Shown here: positions 36,801-49,498 of the stretch, piece after piece
Position numbering within the stretch: position 1 is the stretch's first letter
Layout: each line of letters opens with the position of its first letter
DNA from: Macrostomum lignano
Taxonomy: Eukaryota
Direction: 5' to 3'
DNA length: 64,000 nt
NCBI GenBank assembly: GCA_002269645.1
Contig: NIVC01002718.1
Location: 1-64,000 of the forward strand
The notes under the pieces: model-generated
The model's database searches: none
What the model was told of the DNA's origin: nothing
Seen by the model: the letters and a program-made list of their open reading frames with translations, nothing else
Position numbers and translations under genes: made by a program

Positions 36801-38827
36801 CGATTCCCAACAGTGGATCAGAGGGGGGGGCGATTCCCAACAGTGGATCAGAGGGGGGGGGGGCGATTCCCAACAATGGATCAAAGGGATTTTCTTGTTT
36901 CAGCAACTACACTGAGGCGATTTGCAAAATGCCAGCCCCAAGTCTCACCGCAATGATGCAGCAGCAGAGTTTTAATCTTCTTGCACTTTTCCAGCAGCAC
37001 TTTGAGCGAAGCGCCGGTCACTTTGATGCAAAAGTTGAGCGCGACGCACTCCAGATGGACGCAGTTGTAGGACAGCAGCTCCACGTGGGTGTCGTCTACG
37101 AACATCACGCCGTAGAGGTTCACCACCCGGAGGTTGGGTGTGTGGGACTTGATCTTGCTCAGATTGATCACCTCGTAGATCTCTTCCTCCTCTTCTGTGC
37201 TCTGCTCGAATGTGCCTGGGTGATGTTTTGTACGGTAGGGGAGTTGATACAACATGACAAACTGACCAATTGATAGATTGATACAGCATGACAAACTGAC
37301 CAATTGATAGATTGATACATCATGACAAACTGACCAATTGATTGATTGATACAGCATGACAAACTGACCAATTGATTGATTGATACAGCATGACAAACTG
37401 ACCAATTGATAGATTGATACAGCATGACAAACTGACCAATTGATAGATTGATACAGCATGACAAACTGACCAATTGATAGATTGATACAGCATGACAAAC
37501 TGACCAATTGATTGATTGATACAACATGACAAACTGACCAATTGATAGATTGATACAGCATGACAAACTGACCAATTGATAGATTGATACAACATGACAA
37601 ACTGATCAATTGATTGATTGATACAGCATGACAAACTGACCAATTGATAGATTGATACATCATGACAAACTGATCAATTGATTGATTGATACAGCATGAC
37701 AAACTGATCAATTGATTGATTGATACAGCATGACAAACTGATCAATTGATTGATTGATACAGCATGACAAACTGACCAATTGATTGATTGATACAGCATG
37801 ACAAACTGACCAATTGATAGATTGATACATCATGACAAACTGAATAATTGATTGATTGATACAGCATGACAAACTGAATAATTGATTGATTGATACAGCA
37901 TGACAAACTGACCAATTGATAGATTGATACAACATGACAAACTGATCAATTGATTGATTGATACAGCATGACAAACTGACCAATTGATTGATTGATACAG
38001 CATGACAAACTGACCAATTGATAGATTGATACAGCATGACAAACTGAATAATTGATTGATTGATACAGCATGACAAACTGACCAATTGATTGATTGATAC
38101 AGCATGACAAACTGAATAATTGATTGATTGATACAGCATGACAAACTGATCAATTGATTGATTGAAACAGCATGACAAACTGACCAATTGATTGATTGAT
38201 ACAGCATGACAAACTGACCAATTGATAGATTGATACAGCATGACAAACTGACCAATTGATAGATTGATACAGCATGACAGACTGACAAGTTGATAGACTG
38301 AATGCTCAGCCTCACCAATCAGATGCAGCACCTGCACACTGGACAGGCAGTGGTAAATCTTGCGCATGAGGCCCTCCATGAAAATTACGTCGCTAAGACA
38401 GACGCACAGATTCTCCAAATTCGCGGGGAAATCCACCAGATCAGTGTAATCGTGCAGCTGCATCGCTTTGCTGAAGTCCAGCGTCATGCAGCGCAGGTTG
38501 ACGCACTGCCTGGCCAGCTCCTCCAGCACCGGGACAATGATCAGCTCGCACGGCAGCTCGATGCTGCGCAGTCCGGTTGAGAAGCGGCAGCCGATCAGCT
38601 CGATGAACTGGTTCACGTTGCTCACGGATAAGCCGCCGTACTCAGGCCGTAGGCGGACATTCTTCCACAGCCGGGTGTCGTAGGCGAGCTCGCGCCAACG
38701 GCTGCACACCTGGCAGATCAGGCACAGGTCCTTGTGCGATAGGTAGCTGAACACGCGGAGGGCCAGCTTGCTGGGCAGGTCGTTGAAATTGAAGTTGCTC
38801 TGCGGGAACGACGCGGGCGAGAGGCGG
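33864..38827 (-). CDS. F-box/leucine-rich-repeat protein; exons 38827-38316, 37215-36949, 35777-35611, 34973-34771, 34602-34423, 34035-33864; 5' exons unresolved
   Basis: F-box FNDLPSKLALRVFSYLSHKDLCLICQVCSRWRELAYDTRLWK is followed by FBXL-type LRRs (PNLRVVNLYG, LECVALNFC, VTELDITST, LRAIDISYT, LERLEIQW). GT-AG phases 1,1,0,2,2 join into one frame ending ...YRNLLFN* at TGA 33864-33866. Confidence 0.9.
34085..34395. repeat. About 38-bp minisatellite (GGGAATCCCGCCTTCTTTGACCTTGAACGGGTCGGTG)
   Basis: About 8 copies in the last F-box intron. Confidence 0.9.
34695..34755. repeat. 21-bp repeat (GGCGATTCTCAGGGGCGGAGA) x3-4
   Basis: Lies inside a 168-bp intron. Confidence 0.85.
35020..35390. repeat. 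11-bp minisatellite (GAGTGATTCAT / GAGTGATGGAT)
   Basis: About 33 copies. Confidence 0.9.
35872..36345. repeat. 23-bp minisatellite (GGGCGATTCTCACCGCTAGTTTA)
   Basis: About 20 copies. Confidence 0.95.
36425..36890. repeat. About 29-bp minisatellite (GGGCGATTCCCAACAGTGGATCAGGGGG)
   Basis: About 16 copies with variable G-runs. Confidence 0.95.
37245..38300. repeat. 32-bp minisatellite (GATTGATACAGCATGACAAACTGACCAATTGAT)
   Basis: About 33 copies filling an F-box intron. Confidence 0.95.
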
Positions 38828-39434
38828 CTGTTCAGGGGTCGCATTGGGGTGGAACGGGAGTGTGAGAATGGTAGCTTGTACGAGTAGAACGGTAACTACG
38901 CTCGTAGCTGGCCAAAAAGCGTCATAGAGTCACGAGAGTCATTTCAGAATAGTTGCAGGTAACGCAAATAAGATAGGAAAGAAGCGACTCTACCGGTAGA
39001 CGATTCTAAAACGAGGAGTTGTCACGGTACAAGTCGTCAAAAAGTCGTTTAAGAGTCGCCCGGTTTGAGACGTTTGATTGACTGCGGCTCTTACCCAACT
39101 CCCAACTCTTGGGCGGTTCTATAACGACTTTGGGGGCCGTAAAGTCGAATCTCAGGCGTGCTATAGGGTCGCTGCAGCATCACCAAGCATCTGCGTCATT
39201 TTATGAATTAGAAGCGCATTTTGGATTTATCATATAACAACTCCATTTAGTCTACTTGAGTTAGTAGAAAACGACTATTGCAGAACGAGTTTTTCACGAT
39301 TCTACAACTCACGTGACGCGCTCGTGACTCAACAGTCGTCTCTCCATCGCATCACAGTCGTTAAAAAGTCATAAGAGTCGTCCCAGAATCACTTGTGAAT
39401 TCTTTTCAATGACTAGCGATTCTTGTCATGGTAA

Positions 39435-39786
39435 CGGGGTAGAACGGAAGTAGCTTTGTCAGGGAGACTGGGTAGAACGGAAGTAGCTTGTCCGGGAGAC
39501 GGGGTAGAACGGAAGTAGCTTGTCAGGGAGACGGGGTAGAACGGAAGTAGCTTGTCAGGGAGACGGGGTAGAACGGAAGTAGCTTGTCAGGGAGAGAGGG
39601 TAGAACGGAAGTAGCTTGTCAGGGAGAGAGGGTAGAACGGAAGTAGCTTGTCCGGGAGACTGGGTAGAACGGAAGTAGCTTGTCAGGGAGAGAGGGTAGA
39701 ACGGAAGTAGCTTGTCCGGGAGACTGGGTAGAACGGAAGTAGCTTGTCAGGGAGAGAGGGTAGAACGGAAGTAGCTTGTCAGGGAG
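39435..39786. repeat. 30-31-bp minisatellite (GGGTAGAACGGAAGTAGCTTGTCAGGGAGA)
   Basis: About 11 copies. Confidence 0.95.
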
Positions 39787-40746
39787 TGACTGCATTTCAC
39801 TGGCCACTTATATTACATGCACTCAGGTGCACGAGTTCAGCCACTGTACCAAGCATATTAATCATACATAATATCATAATTTTTGCTTTCAAACAACCTC
39901 GCGCACGAACAAGTTCGATATACATATATAAATCCTAATTTGAATCTTTTCAGAAAATTTCTGGAACTCAATTCTAACTACGATTGCGCACATTAACATG
40001 TAATATAGTAAGTAATAATATAACAGTAATACGATAAGCCTCATACTCATGATGAGGCTCTAGGTTATTCTTGACGAGATCGAATTGGCGAGCTGATCGA
40101 AGGCAGGAGTGGGAAGGGGGAGACGAGAGGGAGAGAGAGAACAAGGACCAGTTCAAGGAGCGATATCTTGTAGTTTCCATCTCGCCTCCTCCCTAACTGT
40201 ATAGGACGGCATTGGAAATCCCCAATATATCCTATATAGGCTACAATTAGTTTCTCCACCCCCAAATGCGGGGGCGAAACTGGCCCGCCCCTCATCAAGA
40301 AGCTGGATCTCTGGAATGCAGCTATAGTGACTCAGTGGGCCAGACTTGCGCATACAATATATTTACAGTAAAGTTAGTTATGACTGGAGCCTCCTGAATG
40401 GCCATGATGGAACACTTTCCCGACAATTCTCCTAGCCGGCACTAACGGGAGAAAAAGCTTTCCTTTTTTCAAAGGTCGACAAGCGCCAAAGTAGCAGCAG
40501 CAGCAAAGACAGCCGCTATTTTCTATCTTGCAGCGCTAGCAGGCAAACCAAATTAGACGCTTCTCCATCAGCTGTCATCCGAGCATGCATGCGCAGCACA
40601 CGAGCGGCCATACAGTACCCGGTACAGGACAGCGATGCGTTTGTCTTCGAAAGCAGAGTTGCTAATATTTTATCGAGCTGGATAGATTTTTGATTTATCA
40701 TTACTTAAGTACACTGTGTACTAAAACTGTGTGAACGCTAGCCTAC

Positions 40747-40827
40747 CGCGTATCTGTCCTCGAACGCCTGCTTGAACTCGTCGATGCCGCGCGTGATGTC
40801 GAACACCGTCATACGACGGGTGTCCAT
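40747..40827 (-). CDS. Candidate first coding exon of the F-box gene (MDTRRMTVFDITRGIDEFKQAFEDRYA)
   Basis: ATG in an A-rich context, GC3-rich codons and a GTAGGC donor. The link to downstream exons is not established; a second candidate exon lies at 40092-40047. Confidence 0.4.
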
Positions 40828-41284
40828 TATTTTCCTTTTTTGTGTCGATGACTTACAACACTCTATCCGGCAATTCAACACCAGCACGGGCAGAGGGCAG
40901 CAGCAGGGGAGAAGGAAGACGGTTGTATATTTATGCTACACCTGGAGGCGAAAATGAAATCATAAAGCTGTCCAATCTGCGAACGAGTCGGCTGTGCCGG
41001 TCTAATATAGGTCGGCACAAACCCATATGTACAGAGAAGATGCTTGTTACTCTACTGGCTACTGAGCAGGCCAAAATTAAGTAGCAATTAAAGTGCATTG
41101 TTTGAACAGTATAATTTCATTTTTTCGCTCAATTTCCTTAATCAAATAAGCCGAATTGGTTGTAATTTTTTGAAACAACTTCACTTTTATTATCATCAGA
41201 CTTTAATGATTTCGCAATAGAAGAAACGCAATTGCAAGGATCGCCGACAAAAAAATGACAACAAAAAATGCCTACAGTCGGAAG

Positions 41285-42955
41285 TTAGTTGGGTAGCGCC
41301 AGGCGCCAGACTAGCGCCATATTTCGCGCCGACTTGTCCACCAGCCAGCGGCCCCACTTGTGCTCCTGGCCGAGGCCGGCCGCCAGCCTCAGTTCGCCGC
41401 CTCCATCATCATCAGGCTCCTCATCTGCTGAGGCTGGCCAGAAAGCCAGCTGATTGACAAAGCCGGCAGCCGGCAGTTCGAGCAGCCGGCTCAGCGTCAT
41501 GCCAGAGGACCCGGGCTGGGCGGCCACGCGCCAAAGGCGCACCAATCCGTCCCAGGAGCCGCTGGCCAGCAGATCCGCATTCTTCACGGCGGCCAGAGCC
41601 GTCACCCAGCGGTCCGGGCCGTGCGCCGCCGCCACCTTGGCCACTGGCCGCTTCTTCTGCATCGACCACAGGCACAGGCTGCCGTCGCCTTGACCGCTGG
41701 CGAATACCTGCTCCGTAACCATGGCAACGCATTCGCAGCTATTCGGCCCGCCGCCGGGCGGCAATTCGAACACTAGCTGAGACTCTTCGGCCAGTTTCCA
41801 TAGTCGCAGAGACTTGTCCGGGCCGCCGCAGCTGATGCAGCGGTCCAGGCGCATGGCGTCCAGTCCCAGTACGGGGGCGCTGTGACCGAACAGGGCCTCA
41901 ATGAAGCCCAGGCCGCAGTCTGGCGCTCCGCCCAGGCCCCAGTGCCGCACCGTCTTGTCGTGCGAGCCGCTGAACAGATGCAGCCCGCCGCCGCTGCCGG
42001 ATCCAGGCGCCCGCCTACGAAATGCCAATGCGTTGACGGCCGCCCGGTGACCGCGGAACTGGTGCACCAGCTGCAGGCTGTCGGCCTGCCACACCAGCAC
42101 GAGGCCGTCGGCATCGCCGGTGGCCAACCGGGTCTGATCGGAGCTCAGCGCCATGCACAGCACGTGGCCGCGGTGCAGAACGGCGCCGTCCGCCTCCGCC
42201 AGCTGCTGCTCAGTCTTGGCCTTCGGCTTGGACTTTAAGGAATGCCGGCAACGCTGCCGGAGGCCGCCCGGCACGTGGGCTACTCGGCGAAGATGCCGAC
42301 GCTCGCTGTCGCCGTCTTTGATCAGCACAGCTTGCAGAGACCAGCGCGCCACGGAGCCGTCCTTGCTGGCGGTGTACAGAGAATTGTCGCCGAGCTGCAC
42401 GCAGGTGACAGCCAGGCGGTGCCAGTTCTTTGCCAGACTGACGCTGCCGCTAGCGGCGTCGGCGGCAACGGCGGCTCCCTCGGCGACGATGGCATCGGCG
42501 AAGCTGGCGCGCAGGCGGCCGGCCCGTCGGAGATTCGCCGACTGCAGCCGGGCGCTGACCGCGCCGGTCACGTGAGCCTCCTCGTCTTCGTCATCATCAT
42601 CTTCATCCTCGTCGCCATAGCCAAGTCGTTCGGCTTCGCGTGCTTTTAACTCGCCGATGAGCTGCTGGGCCAGGCGCACCCGGGCCTCCTGCGGCGTCTC
42701 CAGCGCGTTGTCGTCGTCGTTCATAGCGGCGCTGTCCAAGTCGGCGGCGGCGGCGGCGACATTGACGGGTTCGTCAATTTCCGATTCGCTGGTGATTTCC
42801 TCTTCAGCTTTGACCTTTTCGGGTCGCTTCTTCTGCTTTTTCGACGCCTGTTGAGACTTGCCGTTGATGCCGGGCGCAGCGGCTGCCGCAGCGTAACGCA
42901 AGCGTTTCGCAACGGAGATCTTTGCCGGCTTTGTCCGTTTGGTTGGATTCGGCAT
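41285..42955 (-). CDS. RRP9: U3 snoRNP-associated WD40 protein RRP9/U3-55K, intronless, 556 aa
   Basis: Basic/acidic N-terminus, ETPQEARVRLAQQLI, WD repeats GHRAAVNALAFR, EALFGH...LD, LWKLAEESQLVF and DLLASGSWDG, and the C-terminal GLGQEHKWGRW signature. Confidence 0.92.
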   Translation of the reverse strand: MPNPTKRTKPAKISVAKRLRYAAAAAAPGINGKSQQASKKQKKRPEKVKAEEEITSESEIDEPVNVAAAAADLDSAAMNDDDNALETPQEARVRLAQQLIGELKAREAERLGYGDEDEDDDDEDEEAHVTGAVSARLQSANLRRAGRLRASFADAIVAEGAAVAADAASGSVSLAKNWHRLAVTCVQLGDNSLYTASKDGSVARWSLQAVLIKDGDSERRHLRRVAHVPGGLRQRCRHSLKSKPKAKTEQQLAEADGAVLHRGHVLCMALSSDQTRLATGDADGLVLVWQADSLQLVHQFRGHRAAVNALAFRRRAPGSGSGGGLHLFSGSHDKTVRHWGLGGAPDCGLGFIEALFGHSAPVLGLDAMRLDRCISCGGPDKSLRLWKLAEESQLVFELPPGGGPNSCECVAMVTEQVFASGQGDGSLCLWSMQKKRPVAKVAAAHGPDRWVTALAAVKNADLLASGSWDGLVRLWRVAAQPGSSGMTLSRLLELPAAGFVNQLAFWPASADEEPDDDGGGELRLAAGLGQEHKWGRWLVDKSARNMALVWRLALPN

Positions 42956-44179
42956 TGTTTTGTAATTACAAAAAGCCTTACAGAATGATTAAATAATTCA
43001 AAAAGAATTACAGGCGGCTGGTTGCGTTGCCAAGCCGGCAGATGGGATCACAGGTGGCAGTTGGAGGCTGGAAATATCAGTTGTTTGTATCATTCATACA
43101 TACTTTCAATCAAGGCTATACTGTAAGACTTTGTTTTGTTTACTCAACATCTGCATCACAAAAAAGTGTAGGCAGCGCATTGACCCCCATTGAGATTTCG
43201 CCAAGATAACTGTCGGCTAGAAGCCAATTGACATTGCCCAATCGGCGCCGTTACAGAAGCAAGGCGCCTAATTGAGGCCGCCTGACTTAGCAGATTCACT
43301 CTCTGACAGAGTTGGTCCGGGGAGTTTGTCCCAGGGTAATTATACAGGGGCTACAGAAGAGCCCGTTGAGTGACCCCGATGCTTAGCCGCAACCACCTAC
43401 ACTGATCTAAGGGCCTACACAGCTATTTATACCCGCTACGAATGGTCTTCAATTTAATGAAAACCTAATTTTCGTAAGGTGAGCAGCAATTAAGCTATAA
43501 ATCAAGTGGCCATAATTTTTTTGCGAAAAACAAGTTAATACAGTTTAAGATAGTTCAAGATTACATCCTTCAAAATTTATCAATTAAATTTATAAAAATT
43601 TACGCTCGCACCCCACCCAAAACTAGCAAATAAGTGAGAGATAAAAAGCTAAACTATAGATCATACTACTTACACTAAGTAGGGGAATTGCGTATACAAA
43701 TAAAAAATTGCACATAATTTCTACGAATTTACAAAAATGAAAACACCTAATTCCTCTACAAGGCACAAGGATTATATGTATTTTGATGGTATTAATCTAC
43801 ATTTAGGTAAATTAATATTTCAGTTATTATAACCATTACGTTTAAGAACTGCCTACGATAATATTGAAGGTTTTACTATCAATCAAAGTTACTGAAAACA
43901 GGAATGTCTGTCATCAGACAGCTGAACTCAGTCCGTTTCGCTGACCCCTGAGCTGAACAAGCACACTGATACGTACGCAGTCACAGAAGGGTGTACAGCG
44001 GCACCTACTTTCTCATCGACAAGCATGTACATGTACACTACACGCAGCGAATCGGGGTGAGAGGTTGTGGCCGCGTGCGGATTCAAGCCCGGGGACTATA
44101 CCCACTCAAACAGCTGACAAGCATGAATATGCAAATGCAAATGAGAGCACAAGACAAGAGACAGGAGATAGGCTCTCAC

Positions 44180-44296
44180 CATAGCGGAGGAATCTTCCGC
44201 TAAAAATCCGTTATTAGCTGCCAAGGCCAAATTCCTGCGACTGCCGCTCGGTCGCAGACTGCTGCGTCTCTGTCCACCGGACACTGGGGCCAGCAT
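44180..44296 (-). CDS. Orphan candidate coding exon (MLAPVSGGQRRSS...DSSAM) with a GTGAGA donor
   Basis: Upstream acceptor TTCTATATAG, ATG at 44296 and a phase-0 donor at 44179. Its partner gene is unknown. Confidence 0.35.
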
Positions 44297-45049
44297 CTCC
44301 TCCTCTTTATTTAGAGCTATATAGAAGATTATAAGACCTTTGGGAAAAGGGGAAGTCGTAAAGAAAGTATCGAAATTCAACACCTCTCCAGGGGCAAATG
44401 GGATATTGAAAATAGATGCTAGCGCGCGCAGCAAGGGAACGGCAGATCAAATATAGCGCTGCCGCCTTAGAATATTTAACATTTTGCCTCCGCCGCTGGA
44501 TAGCTAGCGGCAAGAAAACCAAGGATGGAAAGTTCGGCGAACGGGAGAGACGGGAGGGGGAGAACTCCTAAGCCAAGCCAATAGAATCTGTTGCGATCTA
44601 TAATAGTGAACACCAGCTGCCTTACCTTCAGCTTCTAGAGCCTAATCTACCCTACACAGCCAAAGACGCTGCAAAGGCCCATAGTCTCGCATTTACCGAC
44701 TAACTAAAAGAATTGCGCAGTCAGGATGAAAAAAATGGATGACGACTGTTGGAGGCCGCGGTGTACAGCAACGAAGAAACAATGTACCTAATACTCGAAC
44801 TTATCTAATTTGCCTGTCGCCAGCAAGACACCAAAGTGTCTGCTGCGAACCCTACGCTGAATGGTGAGGGAGGAATCGAGATGGCAGCTGTTGCAGTACC
44901 TGTGCGCTTGTTATATTGTTATATTGGTGACAACTGGCTGCAAACACTTGAAAGTTGCTGCAAACTGTGCATCCATTTCTGCGAATATTCTACTGTTAAA
45001 CTGCTGGCTTAAAATCTCAAAAGTAAATACCTGTTTTATCGCCATGTCA

Positions 45050-45415
45050 AGCCACTAAAGAATCGCCATGCCAAACCATTAAAGAATCGCTATGTCAAGC
45101 CATTAAAGAATCGGCCATGTCAAGCCACTAAAGAATCGCTATGTCAAGCCATTAAAGAATCGCCATGTTAAGCCACTAAAGAATCGCCATGTCAAGCCAC
45201 TAAAGAATCGCCATGTCAAGCCATTAAAGACTCGGAATATCAAGCCACTAAAGAATTGCCATGTCAAGCCATTAAAGAATCGGCCATGTCAAGCCATTAA
45301 AGAATCGGCCATGTCAAGTTATTAAAGAATCGCCATGTCAAGCCATCAAAGAATCGCCATGTCAGACATAAAAGAATCGCCATGTCAGACATAAAAGAAT
45401 CGCATGTCAACTATA
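45050..45415. repeat. 24-bp minisatellite (AAGAATCGCCATGTCAAGCCACTA)
   Basis: About 15 copies. Confidence 0.95.
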
Positions 45416-46558
45416 AGACTCATTGAATCGCTAAGATGCTCATGAAGGATTGCTGAGTCATCAAGGCTTAGGAGATGTTGCTTATGAAGAGTTGCTGAGA
45501 TGTCAAGGCAGGGGGGCATTGCTAAAATACTGTAGCTCATGGAGAGTCACTCAGATGCTTTGAGCCAAATCTCATAGGGGGTCTGATATCTTTGGATTTC
45601 AGATACCTGGCTTTCAGGACAGATGCATTTTGCTTTACATATATTTTTTCTTAAAAATTTAAGTGACTTTACAAGGTTAAAACCTATATGTAGTTTATTT
45701 AAAAAATCCTTCCTTTGTTGTTTCCCCAATGGGGGCAAGATAGCTAATCTTAGCTATAACCAACTAAGTCCAACTTTAATACATATGCTGTCAATGGAGC
45801 AAAATATATAAACTTAAAGTTTTCATGTTTTGTGAAAGAAGATTCATTTTAATTTTCCAAGACTATACTAAAAATTTAAGCTAAAAAAACAAAAAAGTGC
45901 AGAAATCAACAAAGTTTTGCAATTAAGGTAAAAAAAAGGACAAGACAAAATAAAAAAAGTTAAAACTAATGCCTAAATAATAATGGGCCTATATATAAAT
46001 ACTACCTCTCATAAATATTTAGGTTTAACTAAAAACTATACCTATAAAGGATTTGCTAGCATAAGTAACTTTATACAAAATGAAGCAATTGCTAGCTTAA
46101 TAAAAAAAACTAATAAGCATAACCATATCACAATTGTCATTGTTAAGATGTATAAATATTGTATTTAGCTTTATAAATTTAGGATTTATAAATATAATGC
46201 ATTATAATGGTCTATAGTGTTCATTTTTTAATAAAAAAGCTATGGTTATATTAGAGCTTTATCTGAATGTTGAATATGCCTTTTAATTACTTTATTAATA
46301 CCAATAAAATATTAATCAACATAGACAAGCATATGGTATTATGAGCTAAGTTACATATCAAAATGTAATTTAATTGTCACAATAGACTAAGACCAAAAAT
46401 CAAGTGCTTATTTATTTTTAATCATTAAAAATAAAATCTATAAAATTATTTATAGTCCTACTTTGCTATTGTAAGCAACCTTTTATTATTTGAGGTAATT
46501 AAACTAGTACATTAGCTTGAATATATAATAAGATTGAGAGTAATATAATAGAGGCCAG

Positions 46559-46836
46559 AAGGTGTCCCAAAAAGGTTGATTTTTTTAACTGTCTGCTCCT
46601 ATTTCCTAGCAAGTGCATATGTTAATAGTCAATAATAAAAGTTTTGTTTCCTGCAGTTTTGATTTTGATTGGTGCTTTTATTCATGAGCAACAGCATTTA
46701 AAACTGGCTGAAATTGCCATTGCAAGAATGGGCAAATGCCATAAATAAGAAGTGTATTTCTTATTTTGATTGATTTAAAAAGTTGTAACAAGTTTTGCAC
46801 AGTTTTGTATTAGAATTCAACCTTTTGGGACACCTT
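46559..46836. mobile_element. About 280-bp Tc1/mariner-like MITE
   Basis: AAGGTGTCCCAAAA(A)GGTTGA is inverted at both ends. The termini are degenerate and no clean TA TSD is visible. Confidence 0.55.
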
Positions 46837-48785
46837 TTATAATTTATCAACTAGTTAATTTAGCTCTTAATAGCTTTGCCATCTTCATAAATTGCTTAAA
46901 AATGTATATATAACAAAAATTGGCTTTACAGAAACCCAGTGTAGTGTAGAAAATATAAGTATAGATAGAGATAAATGGTGGCAATGTGGTATAAAAATAC
47001 TACAATATTGAAAAAAAATTGCCAACATTGTGTGATATACCTAAAACTTAAACTATCTAATTAAAAATTAAACAAAAATTAAACAAAAAAAATTAATTAA
47101 TAATAAGCATCCTAACTTTGAATAATAACCTTAGTCTCAATTAGTAATTTGCCAGAGCCCAATGCCAATGCAATAAATTAAGCCTATTTTCATTTTTTTC
47201 AATTTATATACATGTAAAAACCTACTTATACCATAGCATAGAATATACATGTGCAACAGTTAGCCAAGTCAGCCAATCCGGCTGACCAATTTGATAGCCA
47301 ACCAAGGTAAGTTGCAAAAATGCCCACCAAATAAATATCCCAAGTAGTACTAAGTACATGACAAGGCATTTTGCCTTAATAAGACAAAATTGTCTTAGTT
47401 GTTTTGTCATAGTTACTCTTGCCATTTATCCAAAGTTGCATTAATTTTGCTTTAGGGTTTCTTTTACATGTAAGTCGCATTCTTGGCCAAAAACTACATT
47501 ACATTTTTGTTAAAACAAGTTGCATGACCAACCAAATTTTGGAGGTTGCACATGTATGGCATAGAAACAACTTTAAGGTTGTATTATAAACAAAATACAC
47601 ATAAGTATATTTATTTATACATAAGTAAAGGGAAAAAAATTGCTTATCTAACCTACTTGCTGATCCAAATAAAGAATATAATCTAAAGAAAGAAAAATCC
47701 AACATTTAGTGCTAAGATTAAGAAATTAAATAAATCACAATATACTATTATCATTATCAGGTTTTTATTCTTTCTTTAATTTAATGTGCTACCTTGAGAA
47801 AAATATTCTCTAATCCATTACTATGTTATATATGTCTTAATCAAAGTGACCTAGACAAAATTTTATTGGTTTATAAAAAATGGGCTTATTTTGATAATAT
47901 TAAATGCAACTTTAAATTTTATTAATATTAGATTATACTGACTCCTCTTTTCTACTTTTCAGATAAAGCCAACTTGTCTGCAAGTTGATAAGTTGGTAAT
48001 ATACAAAGTGACTGAATTTGGCCCTAAGCCTTTTATTATCCATTGAGTTATAATTTTTGTATTTTTATATAGAAAAAAAAACATTGTGTATATATACATG
48101 CATAATAATATACATGTGCATATATTTTATTAACAGTGTTGAACACTAATAATGAAAATCTTAACTTCTGTTAATGGCAAAAGTGTAAGCATTAAAACAA
48201 AAAATCTCAACTTATTAACTCTAAATTCCATTAAGTTAACTAAAAGTCAACTGATAATTGTTAACAAGCATTAATCCATTAAAGTTAACATAAAAAATAT
48301 AGAAATCTTGCACTTTTTTCAAACAGACTTTTATAATATATTGTCTTTGCTTTTCCACCTTTTTAGGCAAACACAAAGGTCATCTAAGAGATTTACAAAC
48401 TAAAAAAATTAATAAATAATAATTTTTAAATGTGTATGCATAATACTACTAAAGTAAGCATATAGTAAACGAAATAACTTGTTTATTTGAAATTTAAAAG
48501 CTAATTAGTTAATAATAAAATAGATTATTATTTTATTATTACAATTTACAACAAATACAAAGGTTGTTTCAGTATTAACAAGCACAGCAGAAAGTTACAA
48601 AAGATTTGGAAAGAAGTAAATCAAAGTGATCCATGCTCATGTGCAAATAATGTTATAACTTTTTATAAGACATATTTTTATTCTTTCTTTGCATCTTTGG
48701 TCATTGAAATTGCCATTAACATTGATGATGAGTTTGTTGTTAACTTACAAAATTATTAATGCAAATTTGTTAATCCATTAGTGCA

Positions 48786-49498
48786 GTCTTTAACAGGATT
48801 AGAATTGTCTAGACACCCAGTCACAGTACCATCCTAGACAACAAGCTCGCAGACTTTTTTCCAAAGAAGGCACAACTAGATGGCAACCACCATCTAATAA
48901 GGTTACCCATTCCTAGGTTGCAAGTCACCTGCCATATCAACAAGTGGCTCCACCAGCCAGCAATACCAGCTTTACTAGAATAGCTATACCAACTCCAAGC
49001 AAACCGGCTCTGCTATGCCTAGGGCCTAACTTAAACAAGAAAGTCTCTAAATATCTAATTTAACAAAACCAACCTTAGGGAGATATGCATAGTCCTAACT
49101 GGCCATGGTTTTTTCTAAAGACATCTTGTTGCAAACCAATTGCCCTCCTACCTGTCTTTTTTGTGGCATAAGAGAGGAGACTGGAAACTGTAGGCATCAT
49201 GTTACTTGCTCTTACTTTAATAAGGCGTGGCATAAATACCTCAGCCATCCTCAGCAGATGGACAAGCTGACAACCACCCTGGACAATAGGCCCTATCCAT
49301 GACCTTCGTGCCTTTGTCTAGGACTCCAGCTGGATGAGAGTTGCCGATGCTCTATTGCAAACCTGCCATCTACTGGCGGGGGCTAGCACTCCCAAGGGAA
49401 GGTTAATCCTTAACTCTTTTACCTTAGGTTGCAATAGGGACCTTGCAGCCTATTTGCAGTGCCTGCACCCCCTATCAGTCAGTAAGTAAGTAAGTAAG
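48786..49498 (+). mobile_element. 5'-truncated non-LTR retrotransposon 3' end with (AGTA)n tail and a 15-bp TSD
   Basis: TAATCCATTAGTGCA at 48771-48785 and 49499-49513. zf-RVT-like [10 protein letters not shown]...[11 protein letters not shown]. Tail AGTAAGTAAGTAAGTAAGTA. Confidence 0.85.

Noticed and set aside
36371-38315. Repeat-containing ORFs around the F-box exons
   Set aside because: Minisatellite translations fused to true exons; GT-AG sites delimit the real coding parts.
41421-42912. Overlapping ORFs on and opposite RRP9
   Set aside because: Shadow frames of a GC-rich gene.
43300-43440. Possible snoRNA or other ncRNA upstream of RRP9
   Set aside because: No convincing C/D or H/ACA boxes or terminal stem; this needs an Infernal search.
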